The translations under genes and the position numbers were made by a program. From positions 11,336 to 75,335 of the forward strand of contig CAYJVC010000003.1 of the NCBI GenBank assembly GCA_964373505.1: 64,000 nt of DNA, read 5' to 3'. The stretch is from an uncultured Planctomycetia bacterium (GTDB taxonomy: Bacteria; Omnitrophota; Gorgyraeia; 2-02-FULL-51-18). Positions 27,623 through 37,359 of this stretch are shown one piece after another (position 1 is the first letter of the stretch; each line of letters starts with the position of its first letter). The notes below the pieces were generated by a model that worked only from the letters and a program-made list of their open reading frames with translations, was not told the DNA's origin and did no database searches.

Positions 27623-29455
27623 TCAAGCAAATTGGGAGGTCTGGATCTTATAGGGAACGGTATTTTGAGAATCCGCGTTGGTGATCAAAAGGTATACCTT
27701 TCGGATATCCTTCGCTTGAAGCCCTTCCTTTTTAATTTCCTCTTCAAGCGATAGTCGATTGCCTGGATTCCGTCTGATAACCAAACCGCCCTTCGTCACC
27801 AAGATGGCCTGCACGGTGAGCGGCTTGTCCAACGATCCCGTGGAGACAGCCAGTTCGGGTAAAGAAGCCGTGCCCTTGGCAATGTTTATTTCGTAATAAT
27901 CTGTCGCCCATCCTGAAACATCGCTCCGGTCCGAGCTGTCCCCCGCGACAGACGACTCCCCGTGCCTGGCCCGGCGATCTCCCCAGCCTCCGATCCAGTC
28001 GGTCTCGCAGACCGCCCCCAAGAGCCTTTCCGAGCCATAACCGTCCTTTAAATAAAACGCGCGCTTGCGGTATACGAGCTTCGTTTTGGCGACGTCCTTT
28101 AAAAAGACGACGTCATCTTTGAGTTCAAAGTCTTTCAGGAGGATGGCCAGCGCAAATTCTTTAAGAAGGCCCGCGAAAGGGGTGCCGGTGACCCTTTCAA
28201 GCGCCGGCTTAAAATTCTCCGGATCGACGCCTCGAAATTCGCGGCTTAAGCGTTCGATCGAAGACATGCCGTAGCGAGTATCGATAAAGCGCCAAAAAAG
28301 CGCATTCTCGTACCGCAACTCCATGAACGACTGGTCCGGATAGCACATGAAATAATTAGCGCCGCCGCGGGAGAATCGTATCTTATCGGGCAGCACCTGT
28401 TTGAACCCTTGCGAATAAAAATCATGCCGTGCGCCCGCAAAGGTCTCAAAATATCGGGCGAGCCCCTCCACGTACCAATCCAATTTTTTGACGGGTGCCT
28501 GTTGCTTGGAGCCGTCAAATTCCTTGTTGAGGTTGCGGTTGTAATAAAACAAGACCACGTGGAGCATCTCGTGAATCAGCGTGCCGCGAAGGTCCACGTC
28601 GATATTCCGGGCCCCGAGCGGCGACGGATTGATGAGCTCCCAATTCCGGATAAAATCGCTGTAGTTCGCGGGCAATAGGATCACCGCGTTAAAGCCTGTC
28701 TTAGAAACGCGGGTCGTGTCAAAACAGGGCGCGTCCTTGAATGAGGCGGCGTTGAATCCGTGAGTGGGGAAGTTCTGGGTTTGATCGGGATTTCCTAAAT
28801 AAATGTCGATAGTCTTGTCCGGGTCGTACGCGTATTTTCTACGCGGCGACACGAATGAAAAACCGTCCGTGTTGAATCCCTGGGACTGGGTGATGATCTG
28901 ATAGGCGGATACGGCGGCGTCCAGCACCTCTTTTGGGAAAGTTGGCCCCTGGCGGCTCTCCTCCAAGAGCTGGTCCGTGAAATAAACCCTGATGGATGCG
29001 CCGTCCGGAAACCGGTGTTCATAAACCTTTTCAAGGGTGCGGTGTGCGGCCAGCGTTTTGCCGTTGCCTTTGATCACAAGCCGGCCTGTGAAACTCTCTT
29101 TGGCGGGGGTGACCGTCAGCCGTCCCTGCCTGAGCGAATTCAAGTGCACATTCCAAACTCTTTTGCCCTTGGTGTCTTTCAAAGCCTCCAGGTGGCCATC
29201 CGCGCGCTGCACGTAGCCCCACACCCTCACACTTTGCCAGGGTTTCCAATGGCAGGCGATACTTTGAGCGCGTTCGATCGAAATGATCAGGGGGGTGCTT
29301 TTTTCAGGATCGCTTAGGTTGATCTGGGAATAGGAATGGCTTTGGGATCTTTCTTGAGCGGCTGAGACTTCGCGGCAACTCAGGCCTAAAACAACCATGA
29401 GGGCCGCCATGAGAAAACGAACCTTGCAAGATCGCCGCATGTCCTTATCCTTCAT
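27623..29455 (-). CDS. Large secreted protein with an HEXXH...E motif (putative gluzincin-like metallopeptidase)
   Basis: Signal peptide, HEMLH at the Zn site and a downstream EGLARYFE. Start uncertain: it could be 29440, 29455 or 29515. Confidence 0.45.
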   Translation of the reverse strand: MKDKDMRRSCKVRFLMAALMVVLGLSCREVSAAQERSQSHSYSQINLSDPEKSTPLIISIERAQSIACHWKPWQSVRVWGYVQRADGHLEALKDTKGKRVWNVHLNSLRQGRLTVTPAKESFTGRLVIKGNGKTLAAHRTLEKVYEHRFPDGASIRVYFTDQLLEESRQGPTFPKEVLDAAVSAYQIITQSQGFNTDGFSFVSPRRKYAYDPDKTIDIYLGNPDQTQNFPTHGFNAASFKDAPCFDTTRVSKTGFNAVILLPANYSDFIRNWELINPSPLGARNIDVDLRGTLIHEMLHVVLFYYNRNLNKEFDGSKQQAPVKKLDWYVEGLARYFETFAGARHDFYSQGFKQVLPDKIRFSRGGANYFMCYPDQSFMELRYENALFWRFIDTRYGMSSIERLSREFRGVDPENFKPALERVTGTPFAGLLKEFALAILLKDFELKDDVVFLKDVAKTKLVYRKRAFYLKDGYGSERLLGAVCETDWIGGWGDRRARHGESSVAGDSSDRSDVSGWATDYYEINIAKGTASLPELAVSTGSLDKPLTVQAILVTKGGLVIRRNPGNRLSLEEEIKKEGLQAKDIRKVYLLITNADSQNTVPYKIQTSQFA

Positions 29456-29594
29456 TCTGGTTAACCCAGACGTTCGGCAAACTTCGAAAACCGGACAAGG
29501 ACACTGATCCGCCAAAGGACATTCGTCCTTCGGCGAATTGTCAGCAACCCAGCCGCCCTATTCCCCCTTGATGGGGCCGAATGTAGGCCTGTCG

Positions 29595-29776
29595 GCTTTG
29601 CCCGCCAAACAGCGCGGCGGCTCGTGACCCGCCAATCTTTTTGGTGGGCCTCTCGGCTCGCTATGCTTTTTGACGAGTCCGCCTTCCTCGCCACAAAGCG
29701 CCGGCGAGTCCCTCCACTAAAGCTTTGTGGACGAGTCCACCGAAGCTTTAGTGGCGGATTTATGGCGGACGTCCCC
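29595..29776. repeat. Family-2 palindromic repeat cluster, copy C, including the perfect 14-bp palindrome GTGGACGAGTCCAC (29727-29740) flanked by CCACTAAAGCTTT / AAGCTTTAGTGG
   Basis: Contains CTCGCCACAAAGCGCCGGCGAG, repeated CCCGCCAA motifs and a TTATGGCGGAC tail, as in copies A and B. Confidence 0.5.
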
Positions 29777-29912
29777 CCGTTTCCAGAGGTTTGCCTTTTA
29801 TAACTATCTAAAATTAAATTATCAAACTAACTACTTACTAAACTCCTATATAAAGTATACAGTAAAAACCACCTTTTTCAAGGTGTAATATAACCCATTC
29901 AATTTAAATGAC

Positions 29913-30443
29913 TTAGTAACGTCTTCTAGAGGAACTACGTGCATCCCTGGCCCCGTCTACCTGAATCTCTATCTGCAGGTGTCCTTCGGCATTCATCTTG
30001 GAAGAAAGCTGTGTCCCTTTTCCCACATAAACGATCGCCAGTTCAGCTCGCGAACCGTCCAAAAATACATAAGGAATATTGTTATCGTCTGAGAGCGTAT
30101 TTTGGATCTTCTGCCGCCAGCTATCCTCCGTTACCGGCTCTTCCTCGCGGCCGCCCGGCGCATCTATCACAACGATGTGGTCGCCGTCTTTTCTTCTTGG
30201 GTATAAAAAGTTGCCGCCGCCGGAGTTGAAAATAAGCGCATCTGAAAACCGCCCGTGCATCGCATCCCGTCGTGAGCGTGACAAGCTCTCATAGGTGTAT
30301 TTGCCTGCCAGCACATGTCGTTTGATGTCGCCGATGTGTTCTTCAGCCTCTCGGCCCTTCAACACGACGAGCGCGTGCGCCTCGGTCGAGAGAAAAAGAA
30401 CGAGCCAAAACACCCAAAGAACTTCTTTGATGCGGCCAAGCAT
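29913..30443 (-). CDS. Secreted hypothetical protein
   Basis: N-terminal signal/anchor (LWVFWLVLFLSTEAHA). No recognisable motif. Confidence 0.4.
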   Translation of the reverse strand: MLGRIKEVLWVFWLVLFLSTEAHALVVLKGREAEEHIGDIKRHVLAGKYTYESLSRSRRDAMHGRFSDALIFNSGGGNFLYPRRKDGDHIVVIDAPGGREEEPVTEDSWRQKIQNTLSDDNNIPYVFLDGSRAELAIVYVGKGTQLSSKMNAEGHLQIEIQVDGARDARSSSRRRY

Positions 30444-30465
30444 GAAAACTCCTTTCGTAAGAAAA

Positions 30466-31038
30466 TCAGCGGACGACGATGGACGGATCTATCAGGCCGG
30501 CCGTGGGATTTAGGGGTATTTCCCGGTCCCTTATTTCAAAATGAAGATGAGGGGCTATGCGGGGATTCGCGGCATTGCCTGTTTTCCCGCTCTTGCCTAG
30601 CCTCGCTTCCTTAGAAACCCACTGTCCTGTCCTTACCTCCAGCGAAGACAAATGGGCATAACGCGTTAAAAGGCCGTCGGGATGCAGGATATCCACGGAA
30701 AGACCGTAGCCTTTCGCGTCCTGCGCAAATGCCACTCGCCCGCTTTTAGCGGCCAAAACCGGCTGGCCTACTTGCGTGATAAGGTCGATCCCCCTATGGA
30801 CCCGCCTTCCGTTGCGAGAAGCCCCGAAATGACCCTTGCCATAACCGTCGTTACGAATATGGATCGTGTTGAGCGATGCAGCCACCGGCGCGCCGAAGAA
30901 AGGCTCGCGCTCCCGATAGTACTGCCGGTAATAGTTCGTGATCACGGGGCAGGCGGCAACGCAAAGGCATCCCGCAAGGAAGGCAAATAACCACGTGTTT
31001 TGGGAACGCGTTACCAATGAAGAAGAACCCTCGCGCAC
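30466..31038 (-). CDS. M23-family metallopeptidase (lipoprotein)
   Basis: HRGIDL...HLHFE motifs (HxxxD and HxH). Lipobox-like LAGC. Confidence 0.75.
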   Translation of the reverse strand: MREGSSSLVTRSQNTWLFAFLAGCLCVAACPVITNYYRQYYREREPFFGAPVAASLNTIHIRNDGYGKGHFGASRNGRRVHRGIDLITQVGQPVLAAKSGRVAFAQDAKGYGLSVDILHPDGLLTRYAHLSSLEVRTGQWVSKEARLGKSGKTGNAANPRIAPHLHFEIRDREIPLNPTAGLIDPSIVVR

Positions 31039-31164
31039 GCGCCTAAAAAGACGCCCGCGACGATGCCGATAAACGTGGTGCGATTCGGCTTGAAATTTAA
31101 AAACGAAGGAAACATGCGGATGATTCTATTACGTGGGGCGGCGCGAATCAAGAAAAAACGCTTG

Positions 31165-31208
31165 AAAAAAAGGGCCCCGTCCGCCATTTGCGGCGGGCGG
31201 GGCTTTGA
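31165..31208 (-). terminator. GC-rich hairpin with a U tract downstream of the small transmembrane ORF
   Basis: GGCCCCGTCCGCC...GGCGGGCGGGGC, followed on the - strand by TTTTTTTCAAGC. Confidence 0.4.
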
Positions 31209-31228
31209 TCCTTCAAGGCTTGTTACGG

Positions 31229-31366
31229 TTACTTCCGGTCAATCATTTTGGTGCCGAATAAAACCGCCAAAACGACCACCGCTGCCAGATACGGAGCAAG
31301 CTCAGCAGTGAATACGAGACCTAGAGTTATGCCGATCAACAGGCCCGTCAATATATCCGCTCTAAA
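31229..31366 (-). CDS. Small (45 aa) single-transmembrane protein, hypothetical
   Basis: GGGAGGTGATTCCC ribosome-binding site before the ATG (MFRADILTGLLIGITLGLVF...). It has its own terminator. The longer 31229-31456 ORF-track version has no ribosome-binding site. Confidence 0.3.
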   Translation of the reverse strand, partial: FRADILTGLLIGITLGLVFTAELAPYLAAVVVLAVLFGTKMIDRK

Positions 31367-31523
31367 CATGGGAATCACCTCCCAATCAGGAACACAGACT
31401 GTTCGTGTCCCGACCGACCCATCCTTACAGGCTCGATAGGCGTTCCTCCTTTCCAATCTGTCCCTCTACTCATAGTTTACCCTGGGCTACAACCGATTCA
31501 AGCGGAGCTTAAATTTGATTAAT

Positions 31524-32402
31524 TTATAAGCTTAATGTTATGAATGAGTTAGTGGGAAGTCTACGCCGAAGCCAGGTGCCTATGCGGTCGAGCACAAGAG
31601 CGCGATCTATTTCATTCAACACTTCATGGTAAAATCCGTCAAATATTTCAATTTCTTTCGGTTGATCCCCAAGCCTCTCATAGAATGAAAGCGCGTCTTT
31701 CTTGGATACTATGAGATCATCGCCCGCCTGGACGAGCAGAACCGGGCAATCAATGCGAACGGCGATCTCTCCGGCTTTACGGCATAGGCGCTTTATTTCA
31801 TGATAGAGCCGGGCGCTGATGCCGCGGTAAACAAGCGGGTCCTGCAGGTAACGCTCGACGATCGCTCGGTCGTGAGTCAGGTATTTAGGGTTTAATCCGG
31901 TCGCTTGGGTAAAATTGGGGAAAAGACAGGAGGCTAAAATGCCCAGGCCCCGTCTCCAAAACGGCACTTTCACCCTAATACCAAAGCAGGGAGAGCTCAA
32001 GACGAGTCCGGCAAGCCCAGGATGCGGAACGAACGCAGCATAAGAAGAAGCTATCAATCCGCCCAGACTATGGCCCAATAAAAAAATGGGCGTGTTTTTC
32101 TGCTCGCACAGCGCCACGCGGTGCAGGGCTAACAGGTCCTCATGGTAATCTGAAAAAGCCCGGACACACGCGCGCCGTCCGCCGCTTCTCCCAAAACCGC
32201 GCAGATCCGGAACGAATACCTGCACACCCCATTGGGCCAGTGTTTCAGCCACAAAACAGTACCGGCCGCCGTGCTCGCTCAAGCCATGAACAAGGATGAA
32301 CGTCGCACTAGGCTTTGAGGAGGGGGTTAGACGTTGATAAAAAATAGCCGTTTTATCGAAAGACAAAAACCGGTGCTCGCTCCAAGCCGGGAGACCCCCC
32401 AC
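31524..32402 (-). CDS. Alpha/beta-hydrolase (lysophospholipase / monoacylglycerol-lipase-like)
   Basis: HGLSEHGGRY and the GHSLGG nucleophile elbow. Confidence 0.7.
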   Translation of the reverse strand: MGGLPAWSEHRFLSFDKTAIFYQRLTPSSKPSATFILVHGLSEHGGRYCFVAETLAQWGVQVFVPDLRGFGRSGGRRACVRAFSDYHEDLLALHRVALCEQKNTPIFLLGHSLGGLIASSYAAFVPHPGLAGLVLSSPCFGIRVKVPFWRRGLGILASCLFPNFTQATGLNPKYLTHDRAIVERYLQDPLVYRGISARLYHEIKRLCRKAGEIAVRIDCPVLLVQAGDDLIVSKKDALSFYERLGDQPKEIEIFDGFYHEVLNEIDRALVLDRIGTWLRRRLPTNSFITLSL

Positions 32403-32407
32403 GGTCT

Positions 32408-34117
32408 TTAGACTCCCTCTTTCTCATAAAAAGGGAGCAATCTGTCCCGGTAACGGGAGAGCACCGTATCGCGCTTCACCTTAAGCGTCGGCGTAAGCTC
32501 GCCTGCGGATTGGCTGAAATCATGCTCCAAGAGCGCAAAGTATTTTATCCGCTCGAAACTAGCCAAGTCCTGGCAAAGCGCCTGGATCTTTTGATCCATC
32601 CACCCGTAGACCCTTGGGTTCCTCAAAAGATCTCCCAGGTCACGATAGGCGATCTTGTCAGCGTCGGCGTATGCCATGACCTTTTCTGCGCGGGGAACGA
32701 TGAGCGCACTGATGAATTTCTTGCCCTCGCCGAAAAGCACACACCGCAGGATACAGGGGTCATTTTCGATCATTTCCTCGATCGCGCGGGGCGCTATCTT
32801 TTTTCCGCCGGAGGTGACGATCAGCTCTTTTTTCCGCCCGGTGATCACGAGGAAGCCTTCCTTGTCGATCAAACCCAGATCGCCCGTGTAAAACCACCCT
32901 TCCTTTAAGACTTCGCGCGTCTCCTCCGGCTTATTCCAGTAGCCCTTCATCACGCATTCGCTTTTTGTGACGATCTCGCCCTCCCCGGTGATCCGTACCT
33001 CGACGCCGTCGAGCGGAAGGCCCACGCTCCCGAACTTGTAGCGCTCCTGGCGGTTCGCGCTTATCACCGGCGCTGTTTCGCTCAAACCGTAGCCTTCCAG
33101 TATCACAACGCCCAGGTCCGCAAAAAACTCGGCGGTTTCTTTCGGAAGCGCGGCGCCCCCCGAAACGCAGAAGCGCACCCGACCGCCCAGGCGCATCCTG
33201 AATTTCCATCGGATAAACCAAAAAAGAAGTCGTTTTTTAAACGGGCTCAGTTTCTCGAGGGTCTCCGATACCCGTGCCTTTATTTTTTCATAAAACCTCG
33301 GCACGCCCAGGATAAATGTGGGCCGCACTTCCAGAAGATCCCGGGCGACACTGTCCATATTTTCGGCATAAGAGATCCGGGCGCCGATCATGATCATTAA
33401 GTAATGGCCCGCGAGCCTTTCGAAAACGTGCGAGAGCGGCAGGAATGACAAGTGCACGTCCGATTCGCTCATTTGGAGAGCCTTTTTACAAAAAAATGCG
33501 TTATGAATAAAGTTAGAGTGCGTCAGCATCACCCCTTTCGGGAAACCGGTCGTGCCGGAAGTATAAATAAGGCTCGCGACCGCGTCGGCGGGGATCGTGC
33601 GGATCCTTTGGTCCAGGTCCGCCGCGTCCGAAACCTCGCTTTCAAGCTCCTTCAAGAGCTCGAAATTCACGCTCAAATTTTCTTTCGACAAAGAAAGCGA
33701 CGCGTCAAAACCCACGACCGTTCTCAGCATCGGCAGAGAGCGGTGGATAGGCACCAGTTTTTCGAACAGCTCTTTGCTGGATACCGCCACGAGCGCCGCG
33801 CCGCAGTCGGACAAGATGTATCGGATCTCATTCGGGGTGAGCGACGTATAGACCGGCACCGTGATGACTCCCACGCATTGCGCCGCCAGATCCACGCAGG
33901 CCCACTCAGGCCTGTTCTCCGACAGGATCGCGATCCGGTCACCGGGAGCCAAACCTCTTTTAAGAAGCGCGGATGCCACCGAGTCCACTTTTTTTGAAAG
34001 CTCAAGCCACGTGAGCGACTCTATGCGGCCGCCCCGCTTTGAGGATAAAGCGGTTTTATCAGGAAATCGCCGGACGGTTTCTTTGAAGACAGAAGCGAGA
34101 TTCTGGGGGATCATCAA
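32408..34117 (-). CDS. Long-chain fatty-acid--CoA ligase (AMP-binding)
   Basis: AMP-binding motif IYTSGTTGFPKGV and the C-terminal GWFYTGDLG box. Confidence 0.85.
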   Translation of the reverse strand: MMIPQNLASVFKETVRRFPDKTALSSKRGGRIESLTWLELSKKVDSVASALLKRGLAPGDRIAILSENRPEWACVDLAAQCVGVITVPVYTSLTPNEIRYILSDCGAALVAVSSKELFEKLVPIHRSLPMLRTVVGFDASLSLSKENLSVNFELLKELESEVSDAADLDQRIRTIPADAVASLIYTSGTTGFPKGVMLTHSNFIHNAFFCKKALQMSESDVHLSFLPLSHVFERLAGHYLMIMIGARISYAENMDSVARDLLEVRPTFILGVPRFYEKIKARVSETLEKLSPFKKRLLFWFIRWKFRMRLGGRVRFCVSGGAALPKETAEFFADLGVVILEGYGLSETAPVISANRQERYKFGSVGLPLDGVEVRITGEGEIVTKSECVMKGYWNKPEETREVLKEGWFYTGDLGLIDKEGFLVITGRKKELIVTSGGKKIAPRAIEEMIENDPCILRCVLFGEGKKFISALIVPRAEKVMAYADADKIAYRDLGDLLRNPRVYGWMDQKIQALCQDLASFERIKYFALLEHDFSQSAGELTPTLKVKRDTVLSRYRDRLLPFYEKEGV

Positions 34118-34899
34118 CTATCGGTAAACTTGGGTTGCCGTTTCTCGAGAAACGCGCGGATACCCTCTTTCATGTCGTTCGTGGATGCGATGGCCTTAAA
34201 TTCGTTTTGCTCTATTTTCAGGCCTTCCTCCAGAGAAACATCCAGGCCCCGCGCGATGGCACGCATCGAAGCCCGGATCGCGGGCAGGCCGTGACGCGCG
34301 ATTTTTTTGGCGATCTCTCCGGCGGTTTTTAAAAGCGCACCGTCCGACACGACGCGATTCACCAGGCCGATCCGGAATGCTTCCTGCGGCGTGATGAGAT
34401 CTCCGGTCAAAATGAGCTCAGCCGCGCGGCTTGGGCCCACCATCCTCGGAAGGCGCTGCGTGCCGCCAAAACCCGGAATGATGCCCAGGGTGATCTCAGG
34501 CTGCGCGAAGCGCGTTCGGTCGGAAGCGATCCGGAGGTGGCAGGCCATCACAAGCTCCTGGCCGCCGCCGACGCAGGCGCCCTGGATCGCCGCGATCACG
34601 GGCTTCTCGGATCGCTCGATCTTATTGAATACGTCCTGCCCCCGGCGCACCACTTGTAGGATCTCCTCCTCGCTACGGAGCTGAGCCATCTCTTTTAGGT
34701 CCACGCCGGCTATAAAGACGTTCTGTATCGCACTGGCTAGGATGATGACTTTGATCTTAGGGTCCCGCTCGAATTGATCTAGGGCCTCTTCCAGCTCGTC
34801 AAGAAGCCGGCGGCCAAGCGCGTTGACCGGCGGTCGGTTGATCTTTACGTTCGCCACGCCTCCTTCGGTCGCGATTTGAATGAACTGAAAATCAGACAT
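34114..34899 (-). CDS. Enoyl-CoA hydratase (crotonase family)
   Basis: Crotonase fold (AAIQGACVGGGQELVMACHLRIAS). Confidence 0.85.
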   Translation of the reverse strand: MSDFQFIQIATEGGVANVKINRPPVNALGRRLLDELEEALDQFERDPKIKVIILASAIQNVFIAGVDLKEMAQLRSEEEILQVVRRGQDVFNKIERSEKPVIAAIQGACVGGGQELVMACHLRIASDRTRFAQPEITLGIIPGFGGTQRLPRMVGPSRAAELILTGDLITPQEAFRIGLVNRVVSDGALLKTAGEIAKKIARHGLPAIRASMRAIARGLDVSLEEGLKIEQNEFKAIASTNDMKEGIRAFLEKRQPKFTDS

Positions 34900-34907
34900 G
34901 GCTCACC

Positions 34908-36134
34908 TCACGCATATTCGATAAACCCGCGGTTTGTCTTTTTGCCCAAAAAGCCGCCGCCCGCCATCCTTTTGATCAAGGGCGCCGGGAAAAACCTTTC
35001 CCCGTAAGCGTCATACAGCTTCTTAAGCTCGCTCAATACCCGATCGATCCCGAGCGAATCGGCGTACTGCAAAAGCCCTCCTTTGCTTTGAGGAAATCCG
35101 ATGCCGGCAATCACGGCAATATCGATATCGCCCGGCGAAGCGATGCGCTCCTGGATGCAAAAAGCCGCTTCATTGATCATCGAAAGCACAAGGCGCTCCG
35201 GGGAGAACGGGAGTTTCTTCGACGACACGTAGGATTTCTTAAGCCCCGTTAGGAGCTCCTCCACCGTTTTATCGTCGGCGGGTGCCGAGGCGTTGTAATT
35301 GTAGAACCCCGCCCCGCTTTTAACGCCGTATCGTTTTCGCTGGTGGATCTCGTCCCACAAAAGCGCGGGCCGCATGCGGTTCCCGTATTCCTCCAAAAGG
35401 ACCCCGACAACGTCGTGACAGATATCGAGACCGATCGTGTCGACGAGCGTGAAGGGCCCCATCGGAAAACCGAAATCCACCATGGCTTTGTCGATCTGGG
35501 TGAGCGTCGCGCCGCCTTCTTCGGCCGAGAACGCGGCTTCATTCAAATAAGGCATGAGGAGTCTGTTGACGAGAAACCCCGCGCACTCATTTACGCGCAC
35601 CGGAATTTTTCTCAGGCCCTCCGAAAAAGCGATCGCATCCTGCACGGTCTCCTCGGAAGTCGCAAGGCCCGGGATCACCTCCACGAGCTTCATGACATTG
35701 GCCGGATAAAAAAAATGAAGGCCTACGACCTTATCGGGACGCTTGGTCGCCGATCCCAAAGCGCTGATGGAGAGCGCGGAGGTGTTCGTGGCAATAATGG
35801 CCCCGGGCGCCAGCAGGCCGTCAAGTTCCTGGAACACCTTCTTTTTAAGCTCCGCTTTTTCGGGAACCGCTTCTATCGCGATATCTACTTCTTTTAAGTC
35901 TTCAAAACGCGTCGTGACGCTCACGAGCGCCATCTTCGAACCCATTACCTCGGCGGTCATCTTGCCCTTATCCACCCGCGACTGATAGACCTTGCGGATA
36001 TTGGACAGCGCCTTCTGCGCCAGTTCGTCATTTACTTCCTTCAAGATCACCGGAAGCCCCGAGAAACTGATGACTTGAGCGATCCCGGAGCCCATGGCGC
36101 CCCCACCCACTACGGCCGCTTTATAAATGAACAT
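34908..36134 (-). CDS. 3-hydroxyacyl-CoA dehydrogenase
   Basis: VVGGGAMGSGIAQV Rossmann motif and a C-terminal 3HCDH domain. Start taken at MFIYKAAVVG. Confidence 0.8.
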   Translation of the reverse strand: MFIYKAAVVGGGAMGSGIAQVISFSGLPVILKEVNDELAQKALSNIRKVYQSRVDKGKMTAEVMGSKMALVSVTTRFEDLKEVDIAIEAVPEKAELKKKVFQELDGLLAPGAIIATNTSALSISALGSATKRPDKVVGLHFFYPANVMKLVEVIPGLATSEETVQDAIAFSEGLRKIPVRVNECAGFLVNRLLMPYLNEAAFSAEEGGATLTQIDKAMVDFGFPMGPFTLVDTIGLDICHDVVGVLLEEYGNRMRPALLWDEIHQRKRYGVKSGAGFYNYNASAPADDKTVEELLTGLKKSYVSSKKLPFSPERLVLSMINEAAFCIQERIASPGDIDIAVIAGIGFPQSKGGLLQYADSLGIDRVLSELKKLYDAYGERFFPAPLIKRMAGGGFLGKKTNRGFIEYA

Positions 36135-36138
36135 GGGT

Positions 36139-37344
36139 CTAGTTCCTCTCCAGCACCACCGCCGCGCCCTGGCCGCCGCCGACGCAGAGCGATGCAAGCC
36201 CGTAGCGCAATTTCCTTTTTTTCATCTCATTCAGGAGCGTCAGCACGATCCGCGTTCCCGTGGTGCCCACCGGATGGCCGACGGCGATCGCGCCTCCGTT
36301 CACATTCATGAGTTTCCGGTCGAGCCCCAGTACCTTCTCGCAGGCGATCACCTGCACCGCGAACGCCTCGTTGAGTTCGATGAGCTGAATATCCTTTAAG
36401 CCCAAACCCGCTTTCTTAAGCGCCAAAGGAATGGCCACGGTAGGGCCGATCCCCATCCGCTCCGGCTCGACGCCTCCGAACGCGTAGGCCTTGACCGTGC
36501 CCAGTATTTCCTTGAAGCCAAGCGCCGCCGCTTTTTTGCGCGTCATGATCAAAAGCGCCGCCGCGCCGTCGGAGATCGTGCATGAATTGCCGGGCGTTAC
36601 GGTGCCATTTTCCATGAAGGTGGTGGGATACAGCGCCAAGGCTTGCTCATTCAAGGCAGGGTTCGGGCCCTCGTCCTGCATGACGATATCGGGCGGCATC
36701 GGGCGTCCGGCCGCTTTTTTCTGCACCGTGACGGGTGTGATCTCGTCCTTAAACTTGCCTTCGCGCGTGGCGCGGAAAGAGCGCTGGTGGCTTTGAACCG
36801 CGTATTGGTCCTGTTCGGCGCGGCCAATCCTGAATTCGCGCGCCAAATTCTCGGCCGTGCGGCCCATGAGCTGGCCGCAGATCGGGTCCGTGAGCCCTTC
36901 CCACAAAGAATCCACCATCTCGGAATTGCGCAGACGCTTCCCGAAGCGGAGGTCGCGGCTCACGTAGGGTTGGCTGGACATCGATTCCGTGCCACCCACG
37001 ATCTGTACGTCCGCATCGCCGGATAAAATGTTCTGGCAGCCGTTCACAAGCGACTGGATGCCGGAAGCGCAATTCCGGGCCACCGTGTATCCAGGCACCG
37101 TTTTCGGAACGCCCGCCAAGAGCGATATGACTCTGGCGATGTTCGGCGCATCGCTGGCCTGCCCCACGCAGCCGAAGATCACCTCATCCACTTGCGCGGG
37201 ATCAAGCTTCGTTCTGTCCAGAAGCGCGCGCACGGCGATCTCGCCCAGTTTCTGGGCCGTAAAGTCCCGGAACGCGCCTCCCAGAAGCCCCTGCGGGGTG
37301 CGCACGCCGTTCACGATCACAATTTCATTTTCATTCATAGCCAC
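36139..37344 (-). CDS. Acetyl-CoA acetyltransferase (thiolase)
   Basis: Thiolase signatures NCASGIQS, NVNGGAIAVGHPVGTTG and CVGGGQG. Confidence 0.9.
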   Translation of the reverse strand: MAMNENEIVIVNGVRTPQGLLGGAFRDFTAQKLGEIAVRALLDRTKLDPAQVDEVIFGCVGQASDAPNIARVISLLAGVPKTVPGYTVARNCASGIQSLVNGCQNILSGDADVQIVGGTESMSSQPYVSRDLRFGKRLRNSEMVDSLWEGLTDPICGQLMGRTAENLAREFRIGRAEQDQYAVQSHQRSFRATREGKFKDEITPVTVQKKAAGRPMPPDIVMQDEGPNPALNEQALALYPTTFMENGTVTPGNSCTISDGAAALLIMTRKKAAALGFKEILGTVKAYAFGGVEPERMGIGPTVAIPLALKKAGLGLKDIQLIELNEAFAVQVIACEKVLGLDRKLMNVNGGAIAVGHPVGTTGTRIVLTLLNEMKKRKLRYGLASLCVGGGQGAAVVLERN

Positions 37345-37359
37345 CTCGCTGAGCTTATT

